Assembly (NCBI RefSeq): GCF_036321535.1
Contig: NC_087437.1
Span: 71,116,001 to 71,180,000 of the forward strand
DNA length: 64,000 nt
From: Camelus dromedarius
Lineage: Eukaryota
Direction: 5' to 3'
This document shows, in pieces, positions 26,001-37,530 of this stretch; positions within the stretch are counted from its first letter, which is position 1; every line of letters starts with the position of its first letter. Under the pieces are notes generated by a model. That model ran no database searches. It had not been told where the DNA came from and saw only the letters and a list, made by a program, of their open reading frames with translations. Made by a program: the position numbers and the translations under genes.

Positions 26001-29000
26001 GATTTTTAGCTATGACACTGATCCAGATTTGCACCTCATAAGGGTCAGTGCCTTCAGTGTCTGTTCCATGACCATGATCTTCCAACCTCAGGAATTTCAT
26101 GTGTTGAATGAAAACTATTAGCACATACAGTAAAGTTGTAGGTGTTGACAATAAGCTCTGAGTGTTCACTGAGAACCAATGGACTCATGTTCTGGTGTTC
26201 ATGTAGATTTCTTGTTCTGTCCGTTTGAAGTGGCTTGTTCATTTCCTATGTTCCAAGTTCATAAATTTCTAGTATATATGTACAAGTCACATAGCTGTGT
26301 ACTTGTGTTTACACAGATATATTATATTGTAACACATTACGTATAAATACAGGCAAATCTTAACTTATAAATTGTCTTCAAAGAGGCATTTTCTGGACAA
26401 TTATTTAGAAGTCAAAATCCATTTTGGAAGACAGAGGTTCTGGAGTCAGAAAAACCTAGATTCGAACTCCAGTTCCACCACTTAACAGCTGTGTCTCCCT
26501 TGAACAAGTTACTTGACTTCTGAGTTACACTTCCCTACTGCTACATGTGGAATGATAATACAGCGGGGCAGAAACCTGAGCAAAATCGAGTATGTAGATT
26601 CAGTCTATGTATTTAGTTAGGAAGTTTTCAACATTTATTTTTATATATGGCTTCCTGCAAATAAGTCCAGCAACTTCATCTCTAAAATTACATGTTTGAG
26701 GGGAGGGTATAGCTCGGTGGTAGAGTGGCTGCCTAGCATGCACGAGGTCCTGGGTTCGATCCCCAGTACCTCCATTTAAGTAAATAAATAAACCTGATTA
26801 CCACCCCCCCAAAAAAAAATAATTTTAAAAAAAAGTGAAATTACATGTTTTTAACTCTTTATAATACTTGACATCTTACTGCATGTGTCATACAGCTTTA
26901 CTTGTTACTGTTCAAGGTTGTAATCAAACCCTGTAAATCTTTATGTGATTGAGGGGACTTACTAATTGAATTTTGACTCTATATAATTTTCGTTTTAATC
27001 ATTGACTTTAGAATCTAAGCCTACATAGGGTATAATTTCCCTCTGCCTCCTTCACAGAGCTTTTTTTACAATTAAGTGAGGATTAATTTGGGATAACACA
27101 CATAGACGTGCCAAGCACATACCACCTGCTCAAGGTCAGACTTGTTTCTCTGCCACATTAGAGGTTAAGTAGCCAAGTTATCCAACAAATAGTTGCCTGG
27201 TTAACTCAAAGTGTCCCTAAAATATGCCATTATTGTCTTTGCATGACTCAGTGCCACTTACCATTACCACTCAGCAATGACACGTTATACACACAAACAT
27301 GCGTGTGCATCACACCAATGCAACATTCTCAAACACCACTAGAGAGGCTGACTCTGGCACTAAAATGCCATTTTGATGACTCTAAATGGGCTTTTTGGGT
27401 TAGTCTGATAACTAAGCCACCTTCTATATCCTTGTTTCTGGAAGAAAATGCATTCTAAGTTAGAATTTGTAGTACAGGGCACTTACTACCACTGATAGAC
27501 TGAGGCAGTCCTCACCCCGGCCAGCAGCAAACCCCCACCAACGTTCACTGGGCTGTGTGATTCCTCTTACTCATTCTTGGAGGCTGACGGGGGTGGCCTT
27601 ACTCATGCTCACAGACACAGACATACACACATGCTGGTAACATTTAGTCTCAAAATCTGACGTTAGACAGGGTTCCCAGTTAATGTCAACATATAAAGTG
27701 AAGGAGAATGATGAACTACTTGCAGTGTTGTTGCCACCAGTGAGATCATTGTTCCAGAAACAAAATTCAGAAAAATCTTTCCAAAAGAATTTTCAAATAG
27801 AATTGAGAAGGCAAAAAAGGCTTGTGACTTAGCACATACAGGCTCACTTCTCTCTCATCTCTCTCTCCTTTACTTTTATTTTTTTATTTATTTTTTAATT
27901 TTTTAATTAAAAAATTTTTATTGAATTATAGTTGATTTACAATGTTGTGTTCATTTTTGGTGCATAGCAGTGATTTAGTTATACATATATACATATATGT
28001 ATTCCTTTTCATATTCTTTTCCATTATAGGTTATTACAAGTTATTGAATATAGTCCCCTATGCTATACAGTAGGACCTTGTTGTTTATCTATTTTATGCA
28101 TAGTAGTTAGTATCTGCAAATCCAGTACTTTTAGAGGCACTAACTAGATTAAGCTCTCCACTTATTCATATACTGTGTTAAAGTGTCAGGTCCATTGTAA
28201 AAAACCCGATAGATATTAGCTAGTGTTATTGTTGTTATTATTATGTATAAGAAAAGGTTCCTCTGCCTCCACATTTAACTATGCCCCTGCTCCAAGGACA
28301 ATCTAAACAGTGGTAGCTCTGCTGGTGGTCAGAAAGGAGCCTGGTAGTCCCACCCTAGAATGCAGTTCAGGGAATTTGCGAGCAGGACTCGTGAGCCCAG
28401 TCCTGCTCTGCCTCAGTCCGACCTTCACAGCATAGCTTCATTATCTTGATGGATGTGGATTCCTCGAGCACCTCTTGCATCTGTAAGGAAGTTCCCTACT
28501 TCATTCGAAAGCCCAATATAAATGACTTCTCTCAGCCATTTTTTTCCTACTCCCTTCATGAAAAGTAGAGGAGGAAAGGGCAGGATTCTGCCAACAACAC
28601 CAGTGGCTGGATGTTCACTAAGTGCGACACAAAACAGAACTTCCTGGCATAGCTCTTCTCTTTATGAAATGGGCTGCCAGGGGGATTGTGAATTGTCAGA
28701 GCACATGAGGCAGAGCAAAGTTGAACTTCAGTTTCTTCCAACTTGGAATCACTCTTATTGTCTAAGAAAAGAGTGACATGCCTTTCTGGGCGCACACACA
28801 GAAGGCAGGATCTTGGGTCACAGAGAGTTCCAAGGCCTTGGGGTCTGGCTGACCCATGTTGCCCCCACTCCCAGCAGAGGCCCAGCCATCAGGAGCCAAA
28901 TATCACATCAAGAGCCCCTCATGGCAGCGGAGGATGGAGTGGTAATACTAGAGGAAACCCTAAAGGTCACTGACCCTTTCATTTCACAGATAAGAAAAAT

Positions 29001-30485
29001 AACTAGTATTTAAATTTCTGCTAAATCAGACTCACAGACATAGTAAACAAACATGGTTACTGGGGGAAAGGAGGTAGGAAGGGATAAATTGAGAGTTCGA
29101 GATTTGCAGATACTAACTACTATATGTAAAATAGATATAAAACAGTTTTTTTCTGTATAGCTCAGGGAACCATATTCAATACCTACAATAAAAAAGAATA
29201 TGAAAACAAATATATGTATGTATATGCATGACTGAAACATTCTGCTGTACACCAGAAATTGACACATTGTAACTGACTATACTTCAATAAAAAAATTTAA
29301 AAATAAAAATTTCTGCTAAATCAGGTAGCTATTGTGTTATTAAAAATTCCAGAATGGATAAGCAATAGCTGGTGACGAGGGTTTAAGAAACTTTCAAGGA
29401 CAGGAAAACTTAAAGTCTTATCAACTGCCTTAATTTTCCTTGGAAACAAGGAAACAGAGGATGGCTTTTTAGATTTTAGCAACAGAACGCCTCACCTGGC
29501 TTTCAGAACACTGGAGCTGGGTGTGGTGGGGCTTGGTTGAGAAGCACAAAGTTAAAAGGCTTATTGTAAAATCAAATTCATCAGGATCTCCTATCTTGGA
29601 AACAAGTTGAGGACAAATCCTTCAAAGAGCCAGAAGTTCATGAATCTCTCAAGTTAACTTGCTTGTGGCCTTGCCGTTCACGTCACTGCAGGACCTGAGT
29701 TCCTAGGCTAGCCCACAAAAGATATTTGGTGTTTTACCACCCAGCACAGTGCCTGGAATACAGCAGGTACTCTGTAAGCGTGTGTTGAATGAGTACGTGG
29801 ATGGGTCCTCGTCATCATTTTTTCCTCCTTAACTGCTGTGATTCACTGGGACAAACATCCCAATCTCAGAGAATGGGGAGTCCCCCTACCGGCCTTCCCC
29901 ATTATCAGCTAGTGACTGCTTAACTAAATGCTCATCTGTACACTTGGCTCATTTATTCATCTTTCATATATTCATTCAATGACCATGGTGCTGACAGCAC
30001 TGTGCTGTTTCAGTTAAATAATTAGGACCAGGTACCTCATCTCCTGGAGAAGCATAGCTCCTGGGTGCCTCACTGCCCTTGCCACTTCCCTGGGGAATCA
30101 GCAGAGAGAAGCTTTCAGAATTGCCATGTGTGGTGCTTCACTCTGCCCTGCCCGCAGGACACACACCCAGGCCAGGCCAGGTCACTGAAGATTGGGGCAG
30201 GGCCCCACTCACTGCCCAGTGTCACTCCGCCTACTGACAAGCCTCATGGGATGCACAGGAGAGGCTGCAAAACTCAGTCTAAGGACAAGCAGCAGTTTTT
30301 TATGTAGGGGAGGAAGGAAGGGATGACAGCGCGGGTTCAGTGATTGTATATCGAGGGCCTTCCTTTGATCAGCGATCCCAAAATAGCTCTGTGTTCTCTC
30401 TTCACTTTCCGTTTTTCAGACATATGCTTTCAATATTTTTAATGGAAAAATAAATACTGGCACATGATAAAACATAAGGTGTAAT

Positions 30486-30547
<62 letters not shown>

Positions 30548-33500
30548 CTTACATGTAGATTACCAGTTCCCCTGTCTCCCTCCCTAAAAGTAAACACCAA
30601 TATTCTTAAAAGATAACACTTGAAACAAGTACATACACACACTCATGCAGCACACCTGTGAGTGTGTGTGTGTGTGTGTGTGTCGATTTTTACACAGATG
30701 GAAGCATGCTATACCTACTTTTGCTCCTGTTTTTTTTAAAGTAGTAGTTAGTGTGTAAAATATAGAGTTCAGAAGAAAAGGCTCCAGGGACCTCCTCAGG
30801 AAGAGTGGCAGGAGCATTTCAGGACATAAAGCAAGGACAAGGACACAACTCAATTCACATTGTCCACGATGACAATATGTTCACTGGCTCTTTTCCCATC
30901 GCACTCCTGAGCATAACTGGGATTCTCTGAAAAATAGAATTGCCTACATTCAGCCACCACCTGCCCCACAATTGGGATTCACAATTGGAGACCTGGCATT
31001 CTCAGCAAAGAAGTCTTTCTCCTTTCTTTCATTGCATTCACCCATCCTTTGATGCCTCCACACCAGCAGGCCCTTTACTGGGAGCTCCAGCCCTCCAGGG
31101 AGCCTCTGGTCAGCTGCTCTGTGGCCCTCCACCCAGCGCCCCAGGCCACGTTCCTCTGTGACACTTAGCACAGTATGCGGAAGGGATCATCTGTCTGTCT
31201 AGACCGTGAGCTCCTTCAAGGGCGGACACCATATCTTATTCATCTTTGCAGCCCCAGTGTAGAGCAGTGTCTGGCATATAATCACTGGTAAATTTTCTTT
31301 TTAAGTGACCTGTGAGCAGCACAATGATGAATGAGACCTCGTATCCTCAGCAAGTTGACATTGTAGGTGTCTGAGACTGTCCCCTACCCCCACCCTCACA
31401 ACTTAAACACACAAAAGTGGCAAAAGTAAAGGGCTGTGGGACATAAAGGAAGTGAGAGTTGCTTCTGACTGAGAAACTCAAGCAAGGAAGCCTCCATGGA
31501 GGAGGCAGCACATAACCTGGGACATGAAGATGGGGTAGATGGGACCGGCCCCCAGTGCTTCTCAATGCTCCATGTAGATTAGGCGGTGGAGACGCCATGT
31601 TTTGTGCTCCCTGCTGAGGTCCCTACTTGGCCGACGGCTTTGCTTTCTCCCCTTCTCTCACTCACAGGGGACCCCAGCGTCTGCTCCATCTCCAACCCTG
31701 ACTTTGTCCTCTACTCGTCAGTGGTGTCCTTCTACTTGCCCTTTGGAGTGACTGTCCTCGTCTATGCCAGGATCTATGTGGTGTTGAGACAGAGGAGACG
31801 GAAACGGATCCTCACTCGACAGAACAGTCAGTGCCTCAGTGTCAGGCCTGGCTTCCCCCAGCAGGTAAGCACCCTGGAGGGGCAGGAGGAAGACAGCACC
31901 CAGCCCCAGGCCTCCCCGACTTGTGTCCAGCAGTGCATGTCCTTGCCTGTACTGCTACACTGGGGACACACGTTTGACACCCACCTTTTAATCTGCAGGC
32001 ATTGGCTGTGCTTTAGAAGTAGGAAATCCAATCTCAAAAGTGCGTTGATAGTCTTGCCTAGAGCACACTTTACTTGGTAAATTGATAGGATAGTTTCTGG
32101 GCTTGTTCTACTTCCCTCCAAAGTCTTCCATGGCCCCCAAATGGCCCGCAGTTCAGATGTCACACAGGTATGAAGTTTTAGTGCTGCAGCTTTACCATTC
32201 ACTGCTGGTGGGTTCCCAGAAATGGCTTTTTGGCCAGACCATTCATATCAAGAATCACTGGGTATCCACTGAAACTTCTTTTCCTTACTCTGCCTCTGTG
32301 CCAAAACCCTAACCAGCTGGTGGGATGGGGTGCTGATGACAGATTTTATTAGATCTTTCGAGACTCTGAAAAGGAAGGTCGTGGAAATCTTCCAATTGCT
32401 TGGGTTGTAAATTCTGCTTATTCCCGTGCCTGGCAAACACTTTAAGATGTACTTGAAGCATGAATGGATGATTGCCAATCACTTGAAATTTGCTAGGAAA
32501 GAAACAGAAGGAATATTATACAGCTTGGAATCCTAGACAAACAAATAAAACACACCTCCAGCCAAGGTTAATGAGCAGCCTAAAACTGAATGGGATGTTT
32601 GCCAAATGTGAGATGAAGACAATTAAGCAGCTAAATATTAAATTCTGGTGAGGTTATGAGATAATAGAAGTCAATATGTTCAAGGGCTTCATAGACAGAG
32701 TAAAAACTGAGTTTGATCTTGAAGGCAGGTCCAAATTGGATGTCTTGATCAACCTATGATGACTTGAGTCAGAGTCAGTGTCTTAAACTCAAATCCCAAG
32801 GCTTGTGTAGAATAAGAATATTGGTCCCCCTGAAACAGGAGGTCAGGACCCAAAGCTGAGGATATGAATATATTGTATTCAAAGCATTGTCATCTGAATG
32901 ACCCAACTACGTAGAGCTTAACCCACAACTGTTTCCCATTCAACCCACCCTAGTCCTCCTGTCTGCGGCTGCACCCCATTCGGCAGTTTTCAATAAGGGC
33001 CAGATTTCCATCAGATGCCACAGGGAAAATGGTAAGTAAGCCATACCTCTGATTGTAGGAAAAGATTAAGAGATCTTTTCTCAAGACATTGGCTTGACTT
33101 GATTTCACTTCTACCCTCAAATGGAATCTATCCCCAGTCCCACAGTTGTATCTATACTAAACAACAGATCTGAGATCCTATCTGATTTGAGCTTCAGAAT
33201 AGGAACTATCTAATGATATTCAGAAAGCACATGACTATTGGCTGGATCCCGATGATTGGAGCCAATGACTCTTGGATGTATGTGTTATAAAGATACCACC
33301 CAGAACCACCTGCATTAGAGGGAACAGGGAGCGCATCATGGTAACAGGTATGCGCAGAGCCAAGGGAGGTTAATGGGAGACTTTTAAGTGCCTATTTGCC
33401 ACTAAGTGTGGGAAAAGCCAAGACAATTTCATGATCTGTGACTCTTGTTCTTCCAATTCAAGCCAGCCCTGCCTCCCCAAGCAAGCCATGTGTGGAGTGG

Positions 33501-36500
33501 GGCCTGAAGGTGTTAAATAAAAGACCAGTATTCTTCTCCCTGAACACCACAGCCAAGTAAATATTAGGAATGAAACTTCAAAAGCCCATAATGATGAAGG
33601 TCTGAGCCTTGTCTAATCTCTGTATAATTAATTAACCACTCTTACACAGGCCTCATGTAGCAGTTACAGATTCCTGCTGTAAATGATTTTTTTTAATGGA
33701 TAATAGCTTTAAAGTTGCCTATGGCAAATTCAAGTTCTGAGAAGGCTCCAAGGACAAAAGAAGGAAGAGTGGTGACCACAATGAGATTAGAGAACCAAGA
33801 AGCTGGCACTGCCCGGTGTGTGGAGAATTAGGTTCTGTCCTGCCATCTGGGAGTGGAGGGCTCCGCCAGCCAGATCCAAAGGAACCCAGTGTTTTTCATG
33901 TCAGTCATGGAGGTCGTGATAAAAGTTTGCAGAGAGAGCCGAAAAATACACTCACTAATACACAGTTTTGAAAGAATCACTTTCCTTCTATAGGAATGAA
34001 TTTCCAAATCTGAGAAATGGGGACAAGCTGTACTAGATCAGAGTTCTCAAACCTGAGATTTCCTAAGTACTCTCAGAACTGTGTCCCCAGTCCTTTAGTT
34101 TCAGATATAATGCATTTGAAGTTAAATATTGTCACTTTTAGAAGATCACTAGACACCAGCTCAATCATAAATATAATCTTGGTTACAATGGTCATTCAGG
34201 TAAGACACAATATACTTATATTAGTTATTAGAAAATCCCATCAAAACGAAAAACAAATTTAAAAAAAAAATGTTATGATAAAATCCCTACAAATACCTCT
34301 GTGGAGCAGTTTTTAAAACATTAAATCATCTTGAAGGCCACTTGCATTCATTTATTCATTCATTTATTCAGCAATATTTCTGAGTGTGTACTGTGTACTT
34401 GGCCCTCTGTAAGTGGAAAACTATGGTTCCTTGAACTAAAGAGAGACTAATGAGGGTTTTGGTTGCTGACACTGACTAACTTATGCAAAAAGGGAATTTA
34501 CTGGGAGGATATCAAGGCGCTCAGACTCAGTGAGAAGGCTGAAGGACAGCTTCAGAAGATGCTGTTCACACCCAGGGAAGACTCTGCGTAGAATACCTGG
34601 GACGCTGGACACTGACTGTCACCACTGCTCAGTGAATTCTGAAGTCTCCCTGCTTCCTGTGCTCCAGTTCATGGTCGTAGGTGCAAGTCTCCAACTGGCT
34701 GGGCTTGGTTCATGTACCAGAGTTCTAGCTGCCCGGTGGGGAGGTCGCGGAGAGCGAGTATCTGGCTTTTATGGCTTCAGTAAGGGTGCTGGGGAATCCT
34801 ACCTTCTACCCAAGATTGACACAGCATCTGACTCTTCAAACACGGGATGAAGTTCAGAGGCTGAGCACACATGCATCCTCCCAAAACACCGGAAACAGCC
34901 GCATGTCTTCAGTTTCTACTCTCAGTCTACTCATCCCAATCCACTTATTTTCATTTCTTTTTTGTTTTACAAATGAGGCTCAGGGACATTAATTAAATGT
35001 CTCTGTTAATTGAAAGTTAATTAAACTTCCCCAAGGATGTGTCCACTAAGTAGGAAGCTGAGACCAAAATCCTATTTTTTTATATTTTTTATTATTGAAA
35101 ATTTCAAAAATAAAAAAGTAGAAAGATAAATATAACTAATCCTTCAATAGCCATCAGCCAGCTTCAGCAATTGTCAACTCATGGCCCATCTTACTTCAAC
35201 TGACACTCCCACCTATGTCACACACCCCTATTGGATTGTTATAAAGCAGATCTCAAACATAACATTTCAACCAAAAATATTTCTGTAAAACCCTCTAAAG
35301 AATATAGGCTCTTTTATAAAAACACTTAACCACAAGATATCACACACACACACAAAAATATTAACAATTCCCTAGTATCACTGAATATCCAATGTTCAGA
35401 TTTCCCCAATTGTCTTGTAAATTTTTTATAGTTGGTTTATTTGAACCAAATTTAAAAAGGACCCACCCTTTGCACCTGGTAAATGGTGGTGGTGTTGTCA
35501 TTGCAACTCACTTGTTGAAGAAGCTGAGTAATTTGTTTTGTAGTTTTCCACATTCAGATTTTTCTGTTTATATCCCAGGGGTGTCATTTAATATGTTCCT
35601 CCGTCTACCCAGGTCATTCCAAATCAAAAAGGCCAGGCTATAATTCTGTGCTACCCTCCCCAAGGGATTGTTGTGATTCTCAAATGTTCTATATGTGGTA
35701 GACACTTTTTAGCTGTAAAGACAGAAGCAGATTTTTTTCACCTTAACTTCCCATGAGCCCACCACTCTCAGATGTACTGTCGGTAGGTTTCACACAATGA
35801 TGTTTTTTTCTTCCTTCTTTGTATTCTGTTTCCCTTTCAGGAACAGTCAGAAGACAAACAATATCCCCAGAAATGTCAGGACTCTCTCTTGTTACATCTG
35901 CAGCCCCTCTCCCCTGGCCGGACACACATGGAGCTGAAACGTTACTACAGCATCTGCCAAGATACTGCCTTGGGAAGACCAGGCTTCCAAGAAGGGGAAG
36001 GAGAGTTGAAAAGGGAGGGGAGGACTCGGAACTCCCTCAGCCCCACCATGGCACCCAAGCTCAGCTTAGAGGTTCGAAAACTCAGTAACGGCAGGTTGTC
36101 GACATCCCTGAAGCTGGGGCCCTTGCAACCTCGGGGAATGCCACTTCGGGAGAAGAAGGCCACCCAGATGCTGGTCATCGTACTCGGTGAGTTTGAGTCA
36201 GGTGAAGTTGGGATGGGTTGGATTTTGATGGGTTAGACTGAGTTTAGTGGAGCTGGCAGAGGATACTAAGGTAACCATTTTTGACAGAAATTGGAAATCC
36301 AATGATTGTACTTAATGATAAATGTTTATAATATAAATGAAAGGAGTTTGTGTGTAAATGTTAACTCTGATGGAAATTCAAAAGACCTAAACTGAAATTT
36401 ATGAAACCAAACATATCACCTAATTGAGCTGTAGATTTTGTGTATCACTTGGAATTATAATGAATAAATCAAACAATAAATAATGATTCAATAGAAGTGT

Positions 36501-37530
36501 CTGGCACATATTGGATATTTACTAAATGCTTACCTATTTTCAAATATAAAGTGAAAAAACAGAGATACAAAAAACTACTGTCATATGGCATTATAACATC
36601 GAGATTATTTTAAATACAGAGGAAAAAAGACTGAAAATTAATTCACTAAGATGTCAAAGTGATTGATTGTCTTTGGGTGGTGGGTGATTATTTTGCTTTT
36701 CTCTATTTTTCCACATTTACCAAGTTTTCCATAATGTATAAAATCAGTGCTAGTTTTTATAGTAGAAAAATATCAACTTTAAATAAAGAAACGAAAAATT
36801 GGAAGGTCACAGGTACCATGGAGTTAGTGAAGGCAGTTCACTGACTTTCATTGTCACTGCTCATTGTCACTGAAGAGCTGCAAACTTCTCCTATCTCAGG
36901 GACTTCTCACATCTAGGGAGCCCCTATGTTAATCTCAGCAGACCTAACTGTGTCAATTGTGCCTTTAAGGTCTGCTTCTCTATCCCGTGAGCGCCTAGGC
37001 TTATGTCATGTACGGACAGACATTAAATAAATATTTGAATTGAACTGAGAAGTAGAAAAAAACTAGTAAAGAACTATCTAGAGATCAAACTAGAAAATTG
37101 ATTTAGGAGCAAAGGCCTGGGAAGAGTCAAAGACGTTAGCATGTAGTTTTCTCATCCAAAAAAAAAAGTTACTAATCACACCTACTTCATAGAGTTGGTG
37201 TGAAAATTAAAAGGGTATTAAAACTTCCAGCATAGTGGCTGCCACAAAGGAGACAGCTGTGACTCATTTTTATGTTACAACAGAGGGAGTAAGCAAACCC
37301 CTTACCCAGTTTTTCTTGTCCTTTGCAACGTAGGGACCTTCATTGTCTGCTGGCTGCCTTTCTTCTTGACCCACGTTCTCAATACCCATTGCCAAGCATG
37401 CCACGTGTCCCCGGAGCTTTACAGTGCCACAACGTGGCTGGGCTACGTGAACAGCGCCCTCAACCCCGTGATCTATACCACCTTCAATGTCGAGTTCCGC
37501 AAAGCCTTCCTCAAGATCCTGTCTTGCTGA
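4070..37530 (+). CDS. DRD3: Dopamine receptor D3 (class A GPCR), multi-exon CDS span; 400 aa human-type path or up to 447 aa with ICL3 inserts
   Basis: Spliced translation runs [14 protein letters not shown]...GNGLVC...LAVADLLV...D110 (3.32)...DRY...CWLPFF...NPVIY...KAFLKILSC*. All introns are GT-AG with compatible phases. Exon sizes sum to 1203 nt (400 aa + stop). Confidence 0.98.
9806..10249. mobile_element. hAT-Charlie-type DNA transposon relic
   Basis: Imperfect terminal inverted repeats caggagttcttaa / ttaaggagtcctag around an AT-rich interior. Confidence 0.5.
14367..14479 (+). CDS. DRD3: DRD3 coding exon 2 (ECL1, TM3)
   Basis: gcccag|GTG...GAC AG|gtaggg; 113 nt; [37 protein letters not shown](R). 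Not shown in the correct frame in the ORF track. Confidence 0.97.
19365..19570 (+). mobile_element. MIR SINE
   Basis: tcctggctctgccact..gtgtgaccttgagcaagtcagttaacctctctggcctcagtt..cctggcacatag. Confidence 0.8.
19950..20350. promoter_or_regulatory. Intronic CpG-island-like element
   Basis: GC-rich with dense CpG (gcggccgggacggcgcgcaatgcacgcgcgc) in an otherwise CpG-depleted window. Confidence 0.6.
22542..23641 (-). mobile_element. MLT1-type (MaLR) LTR interrupted by an L1 fragment
   Basis: MLT1 motifs ctgattaggtcaagcccacccaggataatctccc on the left and gggaggccatcttagaatcctgcc on the right of the L1. Confidence 0.7.
22986..23535 (-). mobile_element. 5'-truncated L1 3' end with poly(A) tail and target-site duplication (TSD)
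   Basis: Poly-T/(GTT)n tail followed by L1 3' sequence. TSD gataatctcc(c/t)tttt at 22971-22985 and 23536-23550. Confidence 0.85.
24376..24718 (+). mobile_element. MLT1A-like solo LTR
   Basis: TG...CA ends, ggacttcccagcctcc and tgttgtttaagccacccagtctatggtattt..actaagaca. Flanks gcctg/gcatg form an imperfect 5-bp TSD. Confidence 0.85.
25258..25400 (+). CDS. DRD3: DRD3 coding exon 3 (ICL2, TM4)
   Basis: tttctag|G TAC...ACA G|gtaaca; 143 nt; (R)[47 protein letters not shown](G). Confidence 0.97.
26698..26837 (+). mobile_element. tRNA-derived SINE, camelid vic-1-like
   Basis: A box (tagctcggtgg), B box (ggttcgatccc), A-rich tail, and a 13-bp TSD aaattacatgttt at 26685-26697 and 26838-26850. Confidence 0.85.
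27880..28125 (-). mobile_element. L1 3'UTR fragment
   Basis: T-rich tail then tagttgatttacaatgttgtg..gctatacagtaggaccttgttg; flanked by tactttta on both sides. Confidence 0.8.
29030..29306 (+). mobile_element. Young L1 3'UTR fragment
   Basis: Perfect 18-bp TSD aaatttctgctaaatcag (29012-29029, 29307-29324), A-rich tail, similar to 52432-52720. Confidence 0.85.
30489..30545. repeat. (AT)n microsatellite, about 28 units
   Basis: Uninterrupted AT dinucleotide run. Confidence 0.97.
30663..30683. repeat. (TG)n microsatellite
   Basis: About 10 TG units. Confidence 0.9.
31668..31864 (+). CDS. DRD3: DRD3 coding exon 4 (ECL2, TM5, start of ICL3)
   Basis: ctcacag|GG GAC...CAG CAG|gtaagc; 197 nt; [36 protein letters not shown]...[16 protein letters not shown]. 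Confidence 0.97.
32954..33031 (+). CDS. DRD3: DRD3 rodent-type ICL3 exon (26 aa, phase 0-0), probably a cassette exon
   Basis: caccctag|TCC...AAA ATG|gtaagt; 78 nt, no stop. [26 protein letters not shown] closely matches the rat/mouse D3 loop segment as I recall it ([26 protein letters not shown]). Confidence 0.85.
35841..36186 (+). CDS. DRD3: DRD3 ICL3/TM6 exon with two in-frame acceptors (long start 35841, short human-type start 35904)
   Basis: tccctttcag|GAA CAG... encodes [21 protein letters not shown]. Internal acceptor ctgcag|35904 continues [24 protein letters not shown]...[13 protein letters not shown](G). Donor CTC G|gtgagt after 36186. Confidence 0.93.
37334..37530 (+). CDS. DRD3: DRD3 last coding exon (TM6-TM7, helix 8, terminal Cys)
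   Basis: caacgtag|GG ACC TTC...TCT TGC TGA; 197 nt; (G)[64 protein letters not shown]. Confidence 0.97.

Noticed and set aside
26701..26773. Apparent tRNA gene
   Set aside because: The tRNA-like head is followed by an A-rich tail and flanked by a TSD, so it is a SINE.
29976..29995. RE1/NRSE-like site on the minus strand (TCAGCACCATGGTCATT); similar partial site near 11030-11046
   Set aside because: The right half-site mismatches the GGACAG core; no other support.
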